NCBI GenBank assembly: GCA_046728735.1
Contig: JBKPFG010000122.1
Coordinates: 1-50,794 of the forward strand
Direction of reading: 5' to 3'
Length of the DNA: 50,794 bases
DNA from: Actinomycetota bacterium
GTDB taxonomy: Bacteria; Actinomycetota; Thermoleophilia; Gaiellales; Gaiellaceae
Below, piece by piece: positions 8,245 to 16,144 of this stretch (within the stretch, counting starts at the first letter, position 1; the number at the start of each line of letters is the position of its first letter). The notes beneath the pieces are model-generated. The model saw only the letters and a list, made by a program, of their open reading frames with translations. It was not told the DNA's origin and ran no database searches. Position numbers and translations under genes: made by a program.

Positions 8245-8697
8245 ATGAGCGCCGAAGAACTGCCCGATCCGCCTGTCGACGGCGAGGCTGACAGCGGCAT
8301 CGGAGAGCGCGTCAACGCGGTCTTCACTGCCGCGGAAAAAGCCGCGCAGCACATCGTCGCCATGGCGCGGGAGGAGGGTGAGGACATCCGCAGGCAGGCC
8401 CGGGCGGAGGCCGACGCTCTCGCCAAGCAGCTCCGTCTCGAGGCCGATCGCGAGGTCGAGAGGATCCTGGCCGAAGCCAGGGAGCACGGGGAGGCCGTGA
8501 TCGAACAAGCCAGAGCCCAGGCGCACAAGGTCGAGGACGATGCCCGCATCCGCAAGGACCGCCTCCGCGAGGAAATCCGCCTGCTCGAGGATCGCATCTC
8601 GTGGGCGCACGACGGGCTGCGAGAGGTGACGCTCCGACTCTTCCCCGGTGAGAGCGAGCCCTCCTCGGAAGAGGGCGACGCCGACTCAAACCAATAG
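8245..8697 (+). CDS. Coiled-coil protein (DivIVA / ATP-synthase-b-like charged heptad region)
   Basis: 150-aa ORF. It has a long Ala/Glu/Arg-rich helical stretch (AEKAAQHIVAMAREEGEDIRRQARAEADALAKQLRLEADREVERILAEAREHGE...). Confidence 0.6.
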   Translation: MSAEELPDPPVDGEADSGIGERVNAVFTAAEKAAQHIVAMAREEGEDIRRQARAEADALAKQLRLEADREVERILAEAREHGEAVIEQARAQAHKVEDDARIRKDRLREEIRLLEDRISWAHDGLREVTLRLFPGESEPSSEEGDADSNQ

Positions 8698-8703
8698 TCG
8701 CTA

Positions 8704-9033
8704 CTAGAGAGGCTCGGTCGGTGCGGCCGCTGCTTCGGCGGCTGACGCCAGAAAGCGTGCCACCCGTTCCGCCTCTTCCTCTTCCAGCGACACAGCCGCC
8801 TCCACCCGAGACCGGCCGGGAGCCGCTTCGCTCCAGACGCTGAAGCGAACGTGCCTCTCCTCGGGTCGAGCGCCGAAGTAGCGAGAGACCCGTAGCGCCC
8901 GGCGGTCAGCGCCCTCGATTTCCTCGTGTCCTGAGAAGAACTCCGTCACCTTCAGGCGCTGGGCCTGGCCGCACCAGGGGCAGAAGCGAAACGCCGTTTC
9001 GACTTCCCCAGCACACCGCGAGCACGTCGCCAT
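8704..9033 (-). CDS. Zinc-ribbon domain protein
   Basis: 109-aa ORF with an ATG start. The N-terminus has a CxxC...CPWC zinc ribbon (MATCSRCAGEVETAFRFCPWCG). Confidence 0.65.
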   Translation of the reverse strand: MATCSRCAGEVETAFRFCPWCGQAQRLKVTEFFSGHEEIEGADRRALRVSRYFGARPEERHVRFSVWSEAAPGRSRVEAAVSLEEEEAERVARFLASAAEAAAAPTEPL

Positions 9034-9097
9034 CCCGCCTCCTCAAGCCGTATTGAACCACTTTCTGCCCGAAGGCAAAACGTAGAATCGCCGGGCC

Positions 9098-9799
9098 TTG
9101 CCTCGCCTCGCGGTCACGGTGCTCCTGCTCGCGCTGCTGGCCGCGACGACGACGGCTTTCGCGTTGACCGAGGTGCTGAAACTCGAGCGGACGCCGATCT
9201 CGCGACCCCGCTTCAACGTGGTCTTCTCGCCCGGGTGCTCCTGCAGCCGCGACAGTGCCCGGCTTCCGATCAGGTTGAAGAAGGCGGAGACGATCGACGC
9301 GGCGATCGTCGACTCCGAGGGCGAGGAGATCCGGGCGCTCGCGGCGGCGAGCCCACGCGAGCCGGGGCGCACGGTTCTGCTCTGGGACGGGAAGGATGAT
9401 CGCGGCGCGGTCGTCCCCGACGGGATCTACCGCCTGCGACTCCACTTCGAGCGCTCCAACAGGTCGATCGTCGTCCCCAACCCGATCCGGGTGGACACGC
9501 GGGCGCCGTCGATCGAGCTCGTCAGCGTGGCGCCCCGCGCGCCGATGCCGGCCGAGGAGGTGACCGTCGCGGCGCGCTCGGACGAGAGGGCACGGCTCCT
9601 GGTGTATGCGAACGGTGAGCTCGTCGCACGGAGCCGGCTCGGCGACCCGGGCGTCTTGCGTCTCACATGGGACGGAACCGCGCGCGGGAGGCCGCTCGCA
9701 CCGGGCGACTATGCCCTCACGCTGGCGGTGCGGGACCGCGCGGGCAACATCTCCGACCAGACCGTCGCAGTTCCCGTCCAGCTCGGTCCGGGATCGTGA
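9098..9799 (+). CDS. Secreted protein with two FlgD-Ig-like (FlgD_ig-type) beta-sandwich repeats
   Basis: TTG start. The signal peptide is MPRLAVTVLLLALLAATTTAFA. Two copies of the WDG-x-(D/A)-x-G-x-x-(V/L)-x-x-G-x-Y signature are present (LLWDGKDDRGAVVPDGIYRLRL and LTWDGTARGRPLAPGDYALTL). Confidence 0.7.
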   Translation: MPRLAVTVLLLALLAATTTAFALTEVLKLERTPISRPRFNVVFSPGCSCSRDSARLPIRLKKAETIDAAIVDSEGEEIRALAAASPREPGRTVLLWDGKDDRGAVVPDGIYRLRLHFERSNRSIVVPNPIRVDTRAPSIELVSVAPRAPMPAEEVTVAARSDERARLLVYANGELVARSRLGDPGVLRLTWDGTARGRPLAPGDYALTLAVRDRAGNISDQTVAVPVQLGPGS

Positions 9800-11241
9800 G
9801 TGCCGAGCTCCTGGCACGGCTCGCGGGCCCGGTCGCCGCCGGCGGCCTCGCCCTGCTGCTGGTGGCCTCACCCCGGTGGGCCCGCCTTGCGGGTTTTGCC
9901 GCGGCAGTGATCGGCATGGCTCTGTTCGTGCCGCTTCTGCTTCCCTCCGGCGGCAGCCCCTTGCTCGTGGCCGGAGGCGGTCTCTTCGCTCTCGGGCTCG
10001 CAGTCGCCCTCGCGTTCCTCTTTCAGAGGCGACCCTGGGCGCTGCCGCTCCTCGCTCTGCTCCTGGCGCCCGCGCGTATCCCCATCCCGGTCGGCGGCGA
10101 GACGAACAATCTGCTCGTGCCGCTCTATGCGATCGTCGCGGGCGCGACGGTGTCGCTTGGCTGGAGCCTCTGGCGGGGCACGCCTCGTAGCCGCGAGTTC
10201 GGAATCCTCGCCTGGCCGCTCGCCGCCTTCGTCTCCTGGATCGGCCTCTCGATGGTCTGGACGAACGACCCGGACCGGGGCGCCGTCGAGCTGCTCGCCT
10301 TCTACTTGCCCTTCGGCCTCCTCGCGCTCGCAGTCGTCCGCCTGGACTGGAACGCGCTCGCCGTCACCTGGCTCTTTCGGCTCCTGTTGGCCATGGCGGC
10401 GCTCTTCGCCGCCGTCGGCATCGCGCAGTGGGCGACCCACACCGTTTTCTGGAACCCCAATCTGAAGGCGGACAACGCCTTCGCGACTTTCTACCGGGTC
10501 AATTCGCTCTTCTGGGATCCCTCGATCTACGGGCGCTTTCTCGTCGTCGCCATCCTCGTCGCGCTCGCCGTCCTCGTCTTCGGGCCCTGGCGGCACTACG
10601 ACGTGCTCCTGAGTCTCGCGGTCGTCCTTCTCTGGGTGGGGCTCTTCCTCTCGTTCTCGCAGTCGAGCTTTGCGGCCTTGATCGCCGGGATCCTCGTCGC
10701 CTCCGTGCTCGCTTGGCGGCGTCGCGCCCTCGCGGCCGCCGGGGCCGCAGCCGTGCTGGTCCTGACGCTGGGCGTGGTGTTCTCACATCCGCCCGGAACG
10801 CGTGAGGCGCTGGATGCCTCGTCGGAGCAGAGGCTCAACCGTGCGACGAGGGGACGGTTCGACCTCGTCAAGAACGGCGTCCGCATTGCGCTCGACCATC
10901 CGGTCGTCGGCGTTGGAGTGGGGGGATACACGAAGGCCTACCGTGACCGGGTGCAGCTACCGCCGCGCGCAAAGACCCCGGCGTCCCACACCACTCCGGT
11001 GACGGTCGCGGCGGAAGCGGGGATCGTCGGCCTGGGCCTCTTCGGCTGGCTCGCGGTGTCCGGCGCGCTCATCCCCTTCCGGCGCACGCGCTCGCCCATA
11101 GCCACCATCCGGGTGACCGGCGTCGCCTCGGGCCTCGCCTTGACCGGCATCTTCGTGCACAGCCTCTTCTACAACGCTCTCTTCGAGGACCCGCTCACCT
11201 GGGGCTTCCTCGCTCTGGCTGCCCTCGCGATGCGAGAGTGA
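9796..11241 (+). CDS. O-antigen ligase / polymerase family membrane protein (Wzy_C-like)
   Basis: The start is GTG 9796, which overlaps the upstream stop as GTGA. The protein has more than 10 hydrophobic segments. Wzy_C-like blocks are present (LFLSFSQSSFAALIAG, and a large loop followed by HTTPVTVAAEAGIVGLGLF). Confidence 0.8.
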   Translation: MSAELLARLAGPVAAGGLALLLVASPRWARLAGFAAAVIGMALFVPLLLPSGGSPLLVAGGGLFALGLAVALAFLFQRRPWALPLLALLLAPARIPIPVGGETNNLLVPLYAIVAGATVSLGWSLWRGTPRSREFGILAWPLAAFVSWIGLSMVWTNDPDRGAVELLAFYLPFGLLALAVVRLDWNALAVTWLFRLLLAMAALFAAVGIAQWATHTVFWNPNLKADNAFATFYRVNSLFWDPSIYGRFLVVAILVALAVLVFGPWRHYDVLLSLAVVLLWVGLFLSFSQSSFAALIAGILVASVLAWRRRALAAAGAAAVLVLTLGVVFSHPPGTREALDASSEQRLNRATRGRFDLVKNGVRIALDHPVVGVGVGGYTKAYRDRVQLPPRAKTPASHTTPVTVAAEAGIVGLGLFGWLAVSGALIPFRRTRSPIATIRVTGVASGLALTGIFVHSLFYNALFEDPLTWGFLALAALAMRE

Positions 11242-11277
11242 GCGTCGTGCGACCACTTCCTCGAAGGGCCTGAAGGC

Positions 11278-12582
11278 TTGCGTAAGCGCGGGCTGGGAAT
11301 CCGTCTACTCCTGTACGGCTACTGGCTGGCCGCTGCGCCGGTCCGGGGCGCGCTTCGGATCTACCTCGCATCCCGACCCGGTGCCGAGGGCGACTCCCGC
11401 CGCGTGACCTTCCTGATGCTGAGTGCCTGGGGAATGGGCGGGACGATCCGTGCCACTCACAATCTCGCCCGCTACCTCGCGGACAGCTACGACGTCGAGC
11501 TCCTCAGCGCCTTCAGGAAACGTGACGAGCCGTTCTTCCAGTTTCCGCGGGGAGTCGAGGTCACGGCGCTCGACGACAGGCGCGCCGGCTCGTCGACGGG
11601 GGGCGGCCGCCGTCGGGGGTTCCTTGCCCGCTTGCCGAGCATCCTCGTCAATCCCGCGGACGCCGCGGCCTCTGCGTGCAATCTCCGCATGGATCTGACG
11701 CTCGTCCGGAAGCTCCGGCGGCGATCCGGCTTTCTGATCGGAACGCGCCCCGGCTTCAACCTGATAGCGGCGCGGCTGCGCGTGCCCGGGCTCGTCAGCA
11801 TCGGCCAAGAGCACCTTCACCTGAGCGCTCACAGCCGGTTCCTCAGTTGGGACATCGGGCGGAACTACGGAAAGCTCGACGCGCTCGGAGTGTTGACCGA
11901 GGAGGATCTGCGCGAGTACCGGGCCTTTCTGGGCTCCGGCCCGCGCATCGTCAGCATTCCCAATGCCGCCGAGATCGGCGGAGAGGCGGCCGACCTGAGC
12001 GCGCGCACGGTCCTGGCGGCAGGCCGGCTCAACCCGCAGAAAGGCTTCGACCTCCTCGTCTCGGCGTTCGGCCGAGTCTCGAAGGAGCATCCGGACTGGC
12101 GACTCCGAATCTGCGGACACGGCCGCATGCGGGGAAGCCTGGACCGGCAGATCCGGGAGGAAGGCCTCTCGCACGTGATCGAGCTTCCAGGCGCTTGCGA
12201 TCTCGCAGAGGAGATGGCTGGCGCATCGATCTTCGTGCTCAGCTCGCGCAAGGAAGGCTTACCCGTCGTGCTGCTCGAGGCGATGAGCAAGGGGATGGCG
12301 GTCGCAAGCTTCGACTGCCCGACTGGCCCTCGGGAGGTCCTGGAAGACCATCGAAACGGGCTGCTCGTTCCCGCTCGGGACACCGATGCGCTGGCGGCCG
12401 CAATCCTCGAGTTGATCGAGGATGACGACCTCCGCCGGAGGTGCGCGGCGGCGGCGGTCGAGACCTCGAAGGCCTATACGATGGACTCGATCGGTCCGCA
12501 GTGGAAAGCCCTCCTCGCAGAGCTCGCTCGCGCCTCCGATCGCCCGCAGCCCACATCCGAGACGAATGAGACAGGCCGTTAG
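11278..12582 (+). CDS. Glycosyltransferase family 4 (GT-B, Glycos_transf_1)
   Basis: The C-terminal GT1/GT4 signature is present: AAGRLNPQKGFDLLVSAF, SSRKEGLPVVLLEAMSKGMAVAS and the E-x7-E region. The TTG 11278 start is uncertain. A shorter start near VTFLMLSAWGMGG is possible. Confidence 0.85.
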   Translation: MRKRGLGIRLLLYGYWLAAAPVRGALRIYLASRPGAEGDSRRVTFLMLSAWGMGGTIRATHNLARYLADSYDVELLSAFRKRDEPFFQFPRGVEVTALDDRRAGSSTGGGRRRGFLARLPSILVNPADAAASACNLRMDLTLVRKLRRRSGFLIGTRPGFNLIAARLRVPGLVSIGQEHLHLSAHSRFLSWDIGRNYGKLDALGVLTEEDLREYRAFLGSGPRIVSIPNAAEIGGEAADLSARTVLAAGRLNPQKGFDLLVSAFGRVSKEHPDWRLRICGHGRMRGSLDRQIREEGLSHVIELPGACDLAEEMAGASIFVLSSRKEGLPVVLLEAMSKGMAVASFDCPTGPREVLEDHRNGLLVPARDTDALAAAILELIEDDDLRRRCAAAAVETSKAYTMDSIGPQWKALLAELARASDRPQPTSETNETGR

Positions 12583-13453
12583 ACGTGTGACCGCGCCCTT
12601 GAAGCGGTCGTTCAACGCGACCCTTGGCAAGCTCACCGGCTACGAAGTCCGTCGGATCGAGGACTTCGACCGCCGGCGAGACGGGGCCGAGCGGCCGAAG
12701 GCGCGACCTGCCCCGCAGCCCGGGGACCGACTCGTTTCGGCTCCCATCTTCATCCTCTGCACTCTCCGTTCGGGATCGACGCTCCTGCGCGTCCTCCTCA
12801 ACAGCCACAGCCGGATTCACGCCCCGCACGAGTTCCATCTGCGCAACGTGGCGGTCCGGGTGACGTCCAAGTGGGCCGGCAGGGCCATGCTCGCCCGGGG
12901 CCTGGACCGCACCGAGCTCGAATACCTCCTCTGGGACCGGATCCTCCATCGAGAGCTGACGAGGAGCGGTAAGGAGCACATCGTCGTCAAGACGCCGAAC
13001 GACGTCTTCAACGTCGAGCGAATCGTCGAGTGCTGGCCGGACGCGCGCTTCATCTTCCTCCTGCGCCATCCGGGGGCGATCGCCCGCTCACGGGCCTCGC
13101 TGTGGGCCACCGTGGACGAGCGCCAGAACACCGCGCGAATCAAGCGCTACTGCGAGGCGCTCGAAGCGGCCCGTCGAAGTTATCCGGGGCACACGGTCCG
13201 GTACGAGGAGCTCACCGCCGATCCGATCCCGGTGACCCAGGGACTGTGCGAGTTCATCGGGGTGCCATGGGAAGAGCAGATGCTCGAGTACGGGCGCTTC
13301 GAGCACGGGGAGTATCGCTCGGGCCTGGGCGATTGGCGCCGGAAGATCAAGAGTGGACGGATTCAGAGCGCCGAGCCGCTCCCAGCACCGGAAGAAGTGC
13401 CGGAGGCCTTGCTGCCCATAGCGAAAGCGTGGGGGTACGTCCCCCTGCGGTAA
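12566..13453 (+). CDS. Sulfotransferase family protein
   Basis: ATG 12566 overlaps the GT4 3' end by 17 nt. A PAPS 5'-phosphosulfate-binding loop is present (ILCTLRSGSTLLRVLL), followed by the FIFLLRHPGAIARS region typical of the 3'-phosphate site. Confidence 0.8.
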   Translation: MRQAVRRVTAPLKRSFNATLGKLTGYEVRRIEDFDRRRDGAERPKARPAPQPGDRLVSAPIFILCTLRSGSTLLRVLLNSHSRIHAPHEFHLRNVAVRVTSKWAGRAMLARGLDRTELEYLLWDRILHRELTRSGKEHIVVKTPNDVFNVERIVECWPDARFIFLLRHPGAIARSRASLWATVDERQNTARIKRYCEALEAARRSYPGHTVRYEELTADPIPVTQGLCEFIGVPWEEQMLEYGRFEHGEYRSGLGDWRRKIKSGRIQSAEPLPAPEEVPEALLPIAKAWGYVPLR

Positions 13454-13485
13454 CTCAGGGTAGCCCCGAGAACTACACTCGCCCC

Positions 13486-13989
13486 GTGCGAGGGCGAGCG
13501 TCTCTGCATGAGCTCTACAGCACCTGGCATGTGCTCGTTCACGAGATCGCCAAGTTCGGGGTCGTGGGCGCAGTCAACTACGCGCTCGACGTCGGGCTCT
13601 TCAACGCCCTCGTGCTCGGGCCCCTCGACAACCGGCCGCTGACGGCGAAGACGATCTCGACGGTGGTGGCCGTGACGAGCTCGTTCTTCATGAACCGCCA
13701 CTGGACGTTCAAGCACCGGGTGAGCTCAGGCGTTGCGCGCGACTACGGCGTCTTCTTCCTGCTCAGCGCGATCGGCCTCGCCATCACTCTCGGCTGCCTG
13801 GCCTTTTCCGAGTACGTCCTCGACCAGAACAGCCTCCTGGCGCGGAACATCGCCGGCAACGTCGTCGGAGTCGCGCTCGCGATGATCTTCCGCTTCTGGT
13901 CGTACAAGCGCTGGGTCTTCCTCGCTCCGGAGACCGAAGCCGAGCGCTCGCGCGAGGCGGCCGAGGCCGCGGTGAGGACGTCGGTATGA
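13486..13989 (+). CDS. GtrA-family membrane protein (putative polyprenyl-phosphate-sugar flippase component)
   Basis: Translation reads HEIAKFGVVGAVNYALDVGLFNAL...SSFFMNRHWTF...FRFWSYKRWVF. It has four TM segments, the classic GtrA-like pattern. The start is GTG 13486. Confidence 0.8.
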   Translation: MRGRASLHELYSTWHVLVHEIAKFGVVGAVNYALDVGLFNALVLGPLDNRPLTAKTISTVVAVTSSFFMNRHWTFKHRVSSGVARDYGVFFLLSAIGLAITLGCLAFSEYVLDQNSLLARNIAGNVVGVALAMIFRFWSYKRWVFLAPETEAERSREAAEAAVRTSV

Positions 13990-14690
13990 GCGAAGTCCTG
14001 GGCGACGTCGCTCTCCAGTCGCAGACGCTCGAGGACCTCGCCTCGGCCGTCAACTACCGCCGCTGGCTGGCCTCGTTGGCGCTGCCGTATCTCGGCGAGC
14101 ATGCGATCGAGATCGGCTCCGGCCAGGGCGACTACGTGCAGGAGTGGATCGAGGCAGGGGCGAGGATGACCGCGAGCGAGGCGGAGCCGGGTCGCCTCGA
14201 GCTCCTGCGACGGCGCTTCGGTGGAGACAACCGCGTGGAGGTCGTGGAGTACACCGCGCCCTCCGACCTCGAGGGCGAGTACAGCTCAGCGGTCGCCTAC
14301 AACGTGCTCGAGCACATACCCGACGACGTCGCTGCTCTTCGTGGGTTCGGACGGCTCCTGCGCCCCGGAGGCACCGTCGTCCTGATCGTGCCCGCTTTCG
14401 AGTTCGCCATGGGGAGATTCGACCGCGCCGTCGGCCACCAGCGCCGCTACCGGCTGCGGACGCTCGGGGCCGCCCTCGAACAAGCCGGCCTGCGGATCGA
14501 GAGGCTCGACTACGTCAACTCCCTCGGGCTCCTCGCCTGGTTCGTGGGCATGCGCGTCCTGCGCCTGACCCCTGGAGAGGGGCCGATTCTGACGGTCTGG
14601 GATCGGGCCGTCATTCCCGTCCTCCGCAAGATGGAGGCGCGGTGGCGTCCGCCGTTCGGGCAGTCCGTCTTCGCGGTCGCCAGGACGTGA
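13986..14690 (+). CDS. Class I SAM-dependent methyltransferase
   Basis: ATG 13986 overlaps the GtrA stop as ATGA. Motif I is IEIGSGQGDY. The post-I/II region reads AYNVLEHIPDDVAALRGFGRLLRPGGTVVLIVP. Confidence 0.85.
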   Translation: MSEVLGDVALQSQTLEDLASAVNYRRWLASLALPYLGEHAIEIGSGQGDYVQEWIEAGARMTASEAEPGRLELLRRRFGGDNRVEVVEYTAPSDLEGEYSSAVAYNVLEHIPDDVAALRGFGRLLRPGGTVVLIVPAFEFAMGRFDRAVGHQRRYRLRTLGAALEQAGLRIERLDYVNSLGLLAWFVGMRVLRLTPGEGPILTVWDRAVIPVLRKMEARWRPPFGQSVFAVART

Positions 14691-16144
14691 CCGAGGCCCA
14701 GGCAACTCAGCCGGGAATCCGAATCGGCTCAGCCAACGCCCGCGTGGGGGCGCTTGTGGGCTTGCTGCGCCGCCACCTCGCCCTCGTCGTCCTCCTCGCG
14801 GTGGGGACCGCCCTGCGGGTGATCGCTCTTGTGGCGATCTATCCGGGCATCTGGTTCTCGGACACGAACAGCTACATGACCACCGCGGCGACGGGCACGC
14901 TGTCCCCGGTGCGCGTCCAGGGCTACGCGCTCTTCCTCGCGCCCTTTCTGCACGTCGGCGGTGCGCCGGCGTTGATCGTGCTGCAGCACCTTCTCGGCCT
15001 CGGAACGGTCGTCGTGCTCTACGCGCTCCTCGTCCGGCGTGGCCTCGACCCGCTGATTGCAGCTCTCGCCGTCGCCCCTGCCGCGCTCGACCTCTACGTC
15101 ATCGACATCGAGCACATGGTCATGTCGGAGACGCTCTTCCACCTCGCGCTCGCCGGAGCCTTCGCGTTCTTGCTCTGGAACGATCGTCCGGGCGCCACGA
15201 CGACGGCCGCGTGCGGGCTGCTGCTCGGCTACGCGGCGATCGTCCGGAGCGTCGCACTGCCGTTTCTCCTCCTCGTGCTCGTCTACATGCTCGTGCGCCG
15301 CTTCGGGCTCTACCGGATGGCGGCGTTCCTCGGGGGCTGGGTCGTCGTGATCGGCGCCTACCTGGCCATCTACGACGTCCAGCACGGCCAGGTGGCGTTC
15401 ACGAGCTACGGCGGTCGCTTCCTCTACGCGAAGGTCGCGCCCTACGCGGACTGCTCACGCCTCTCCGATCTCCCCGCCGACGAGAGGACGCTCTGTCCAA
15501 GCGGGCGACGGCTCTCGTCCAACTCCTATCTCTGGACGAAAGCCAGCCCCCTACATGGGCTGCCGCTCTCCGCCGACCCACGGATCGGTGATTTCGCGCG
15601 CCGGGTCATCCGCGAGGATCCGATCAGATACGCGAAGATCGTCGTCCGGCAAACGCTTCACTACTTCGAGCCAGGTCACCGACGGAGCAAGAACGACTAC
15701 TTCGTGAGCGTCTGGCAATTTCCGCCCGATCCGCGAACGTGGAGCTATCCGGGTTACAGAGGACCGATCCGCCCCGGGACGCCGACGTCCGCGCGCCTCA
15801 TCGACCCGCACGCAGTCGTGACGAGATCGTTTGCAGGCAGTCCCTCCGTCCACGTGCTGCCCTCTCGCCTGCTCCACGATCTCCAGCGCTTCGTCTACAC
15901 GCCCGGGCCCTTGCTCGGCGCCCTCCTCGTGCTCGTTCTGGCCGGGCTCGCCTGGCGGCCTCGGCGCCACTGGCGTCTCCGCCTGGATGCCGCTCTGCTG
16001 GCCGCCTGCGTGCTCAGTGCGCTCGTCTTCACCTCGATGGTGTCGATCTTCGACTACCGCTACGGGTTGATCGCCGTCATCTTCTTGCCGCCCGCAGGAG
16101 CCATGGCCGGAACGGCGCTCGTACGAGCCCGCAAATCGTCCTAG
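14687..16144 (+). CDS. Polytopic membrane protein, GT-C-like (putative polyprenyl-phosphate-sugar-dependent glycosyltransferase); paralogue of 25782..27242
   Basis: GTG 14687 overlaps the methyltransferase stop as GTGA. There are about 8 N-terminal TM segments with an acidic first-loop motif (YPGIWFSDTNSYM). A soluble Cys-containing loop follows (YADCSRLSDLPADERTLCP), then two C-terminal TMs. The functional assignment is inference. Confidence 0.7.
   Translation: MTEAQATQPGIRIGSANARVGALVGLLRRHLALVVLLAVGTALRVIALVAIYPGIWFSDTNSYMTTAATGTLSPVRVQGYALFLAPFLHVGGAPALIVLQHLLGLGTVVVLYALLVRRGLDPLIAALAVAPAALDLYVIDIEHMVMSETLFHLALAGAFAFLLWNDRPGATTTAACGLLLGYAAIVRSVALPFLLLVLVYMLVRRFGLYRMAAFLGGWVVVIGAYLAIYDVQHGQVAFTSYGGRFLYAKVAPYADCSRLSDLPADERTLCPSGRRLSSNSYLWTKASPLHGLPLSADPRIGDFARRVIREDPIRYAKIVVRQTLHYFEPGHRRSKNDYFVSVWQFPPDPRTWSYPGYRGPIRPGTPTSARLIDPHAVVTRSFAGSPSVHVLPSRLLHDLQRFVYTPGPLLGALLVLVLAGLAWRPRRHWRLRLDAALLAACVLSALVFTSMVSIFDYRYGLIAVIFLPPAGAMAGTALVRARKSS

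Noticed and set aside
9053-9088. A sigma-70-like promoter, TTGAAC (9053-9058) plus TAGAAT (9083-9088), upstream of the FlgD-Ig gene.
   Set aside because: The spacing between the hexamers is 24 nt, far from the 16-18 nt optimum. Only the -10-like TAGAAT is retained, as a remark in a finding. In the same way, TTGCAC 24764 and TATACT 24796 are 26 nt apart, and the TTGACC/TAAGCT pair near 17244-17278 is badly spaced.
14144-14686. Over-extended 5' parts of ORF-track entries (14144.., 26033.., 27271.., 13030.., 12422.., 9667.., 46179.., 47853.., 3539.., 2717..4402, 41926..43272, 43723..45375).
   Set aside because: The upstream portions overlap the preceding well-supported gene in another frame and are Arg/Pro-rich. 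In each case an internal start gives a sensible N-terminus. That start either makes a 4-nt overlap with the upstream stop or follows a Shine-Dalgarno-like run.
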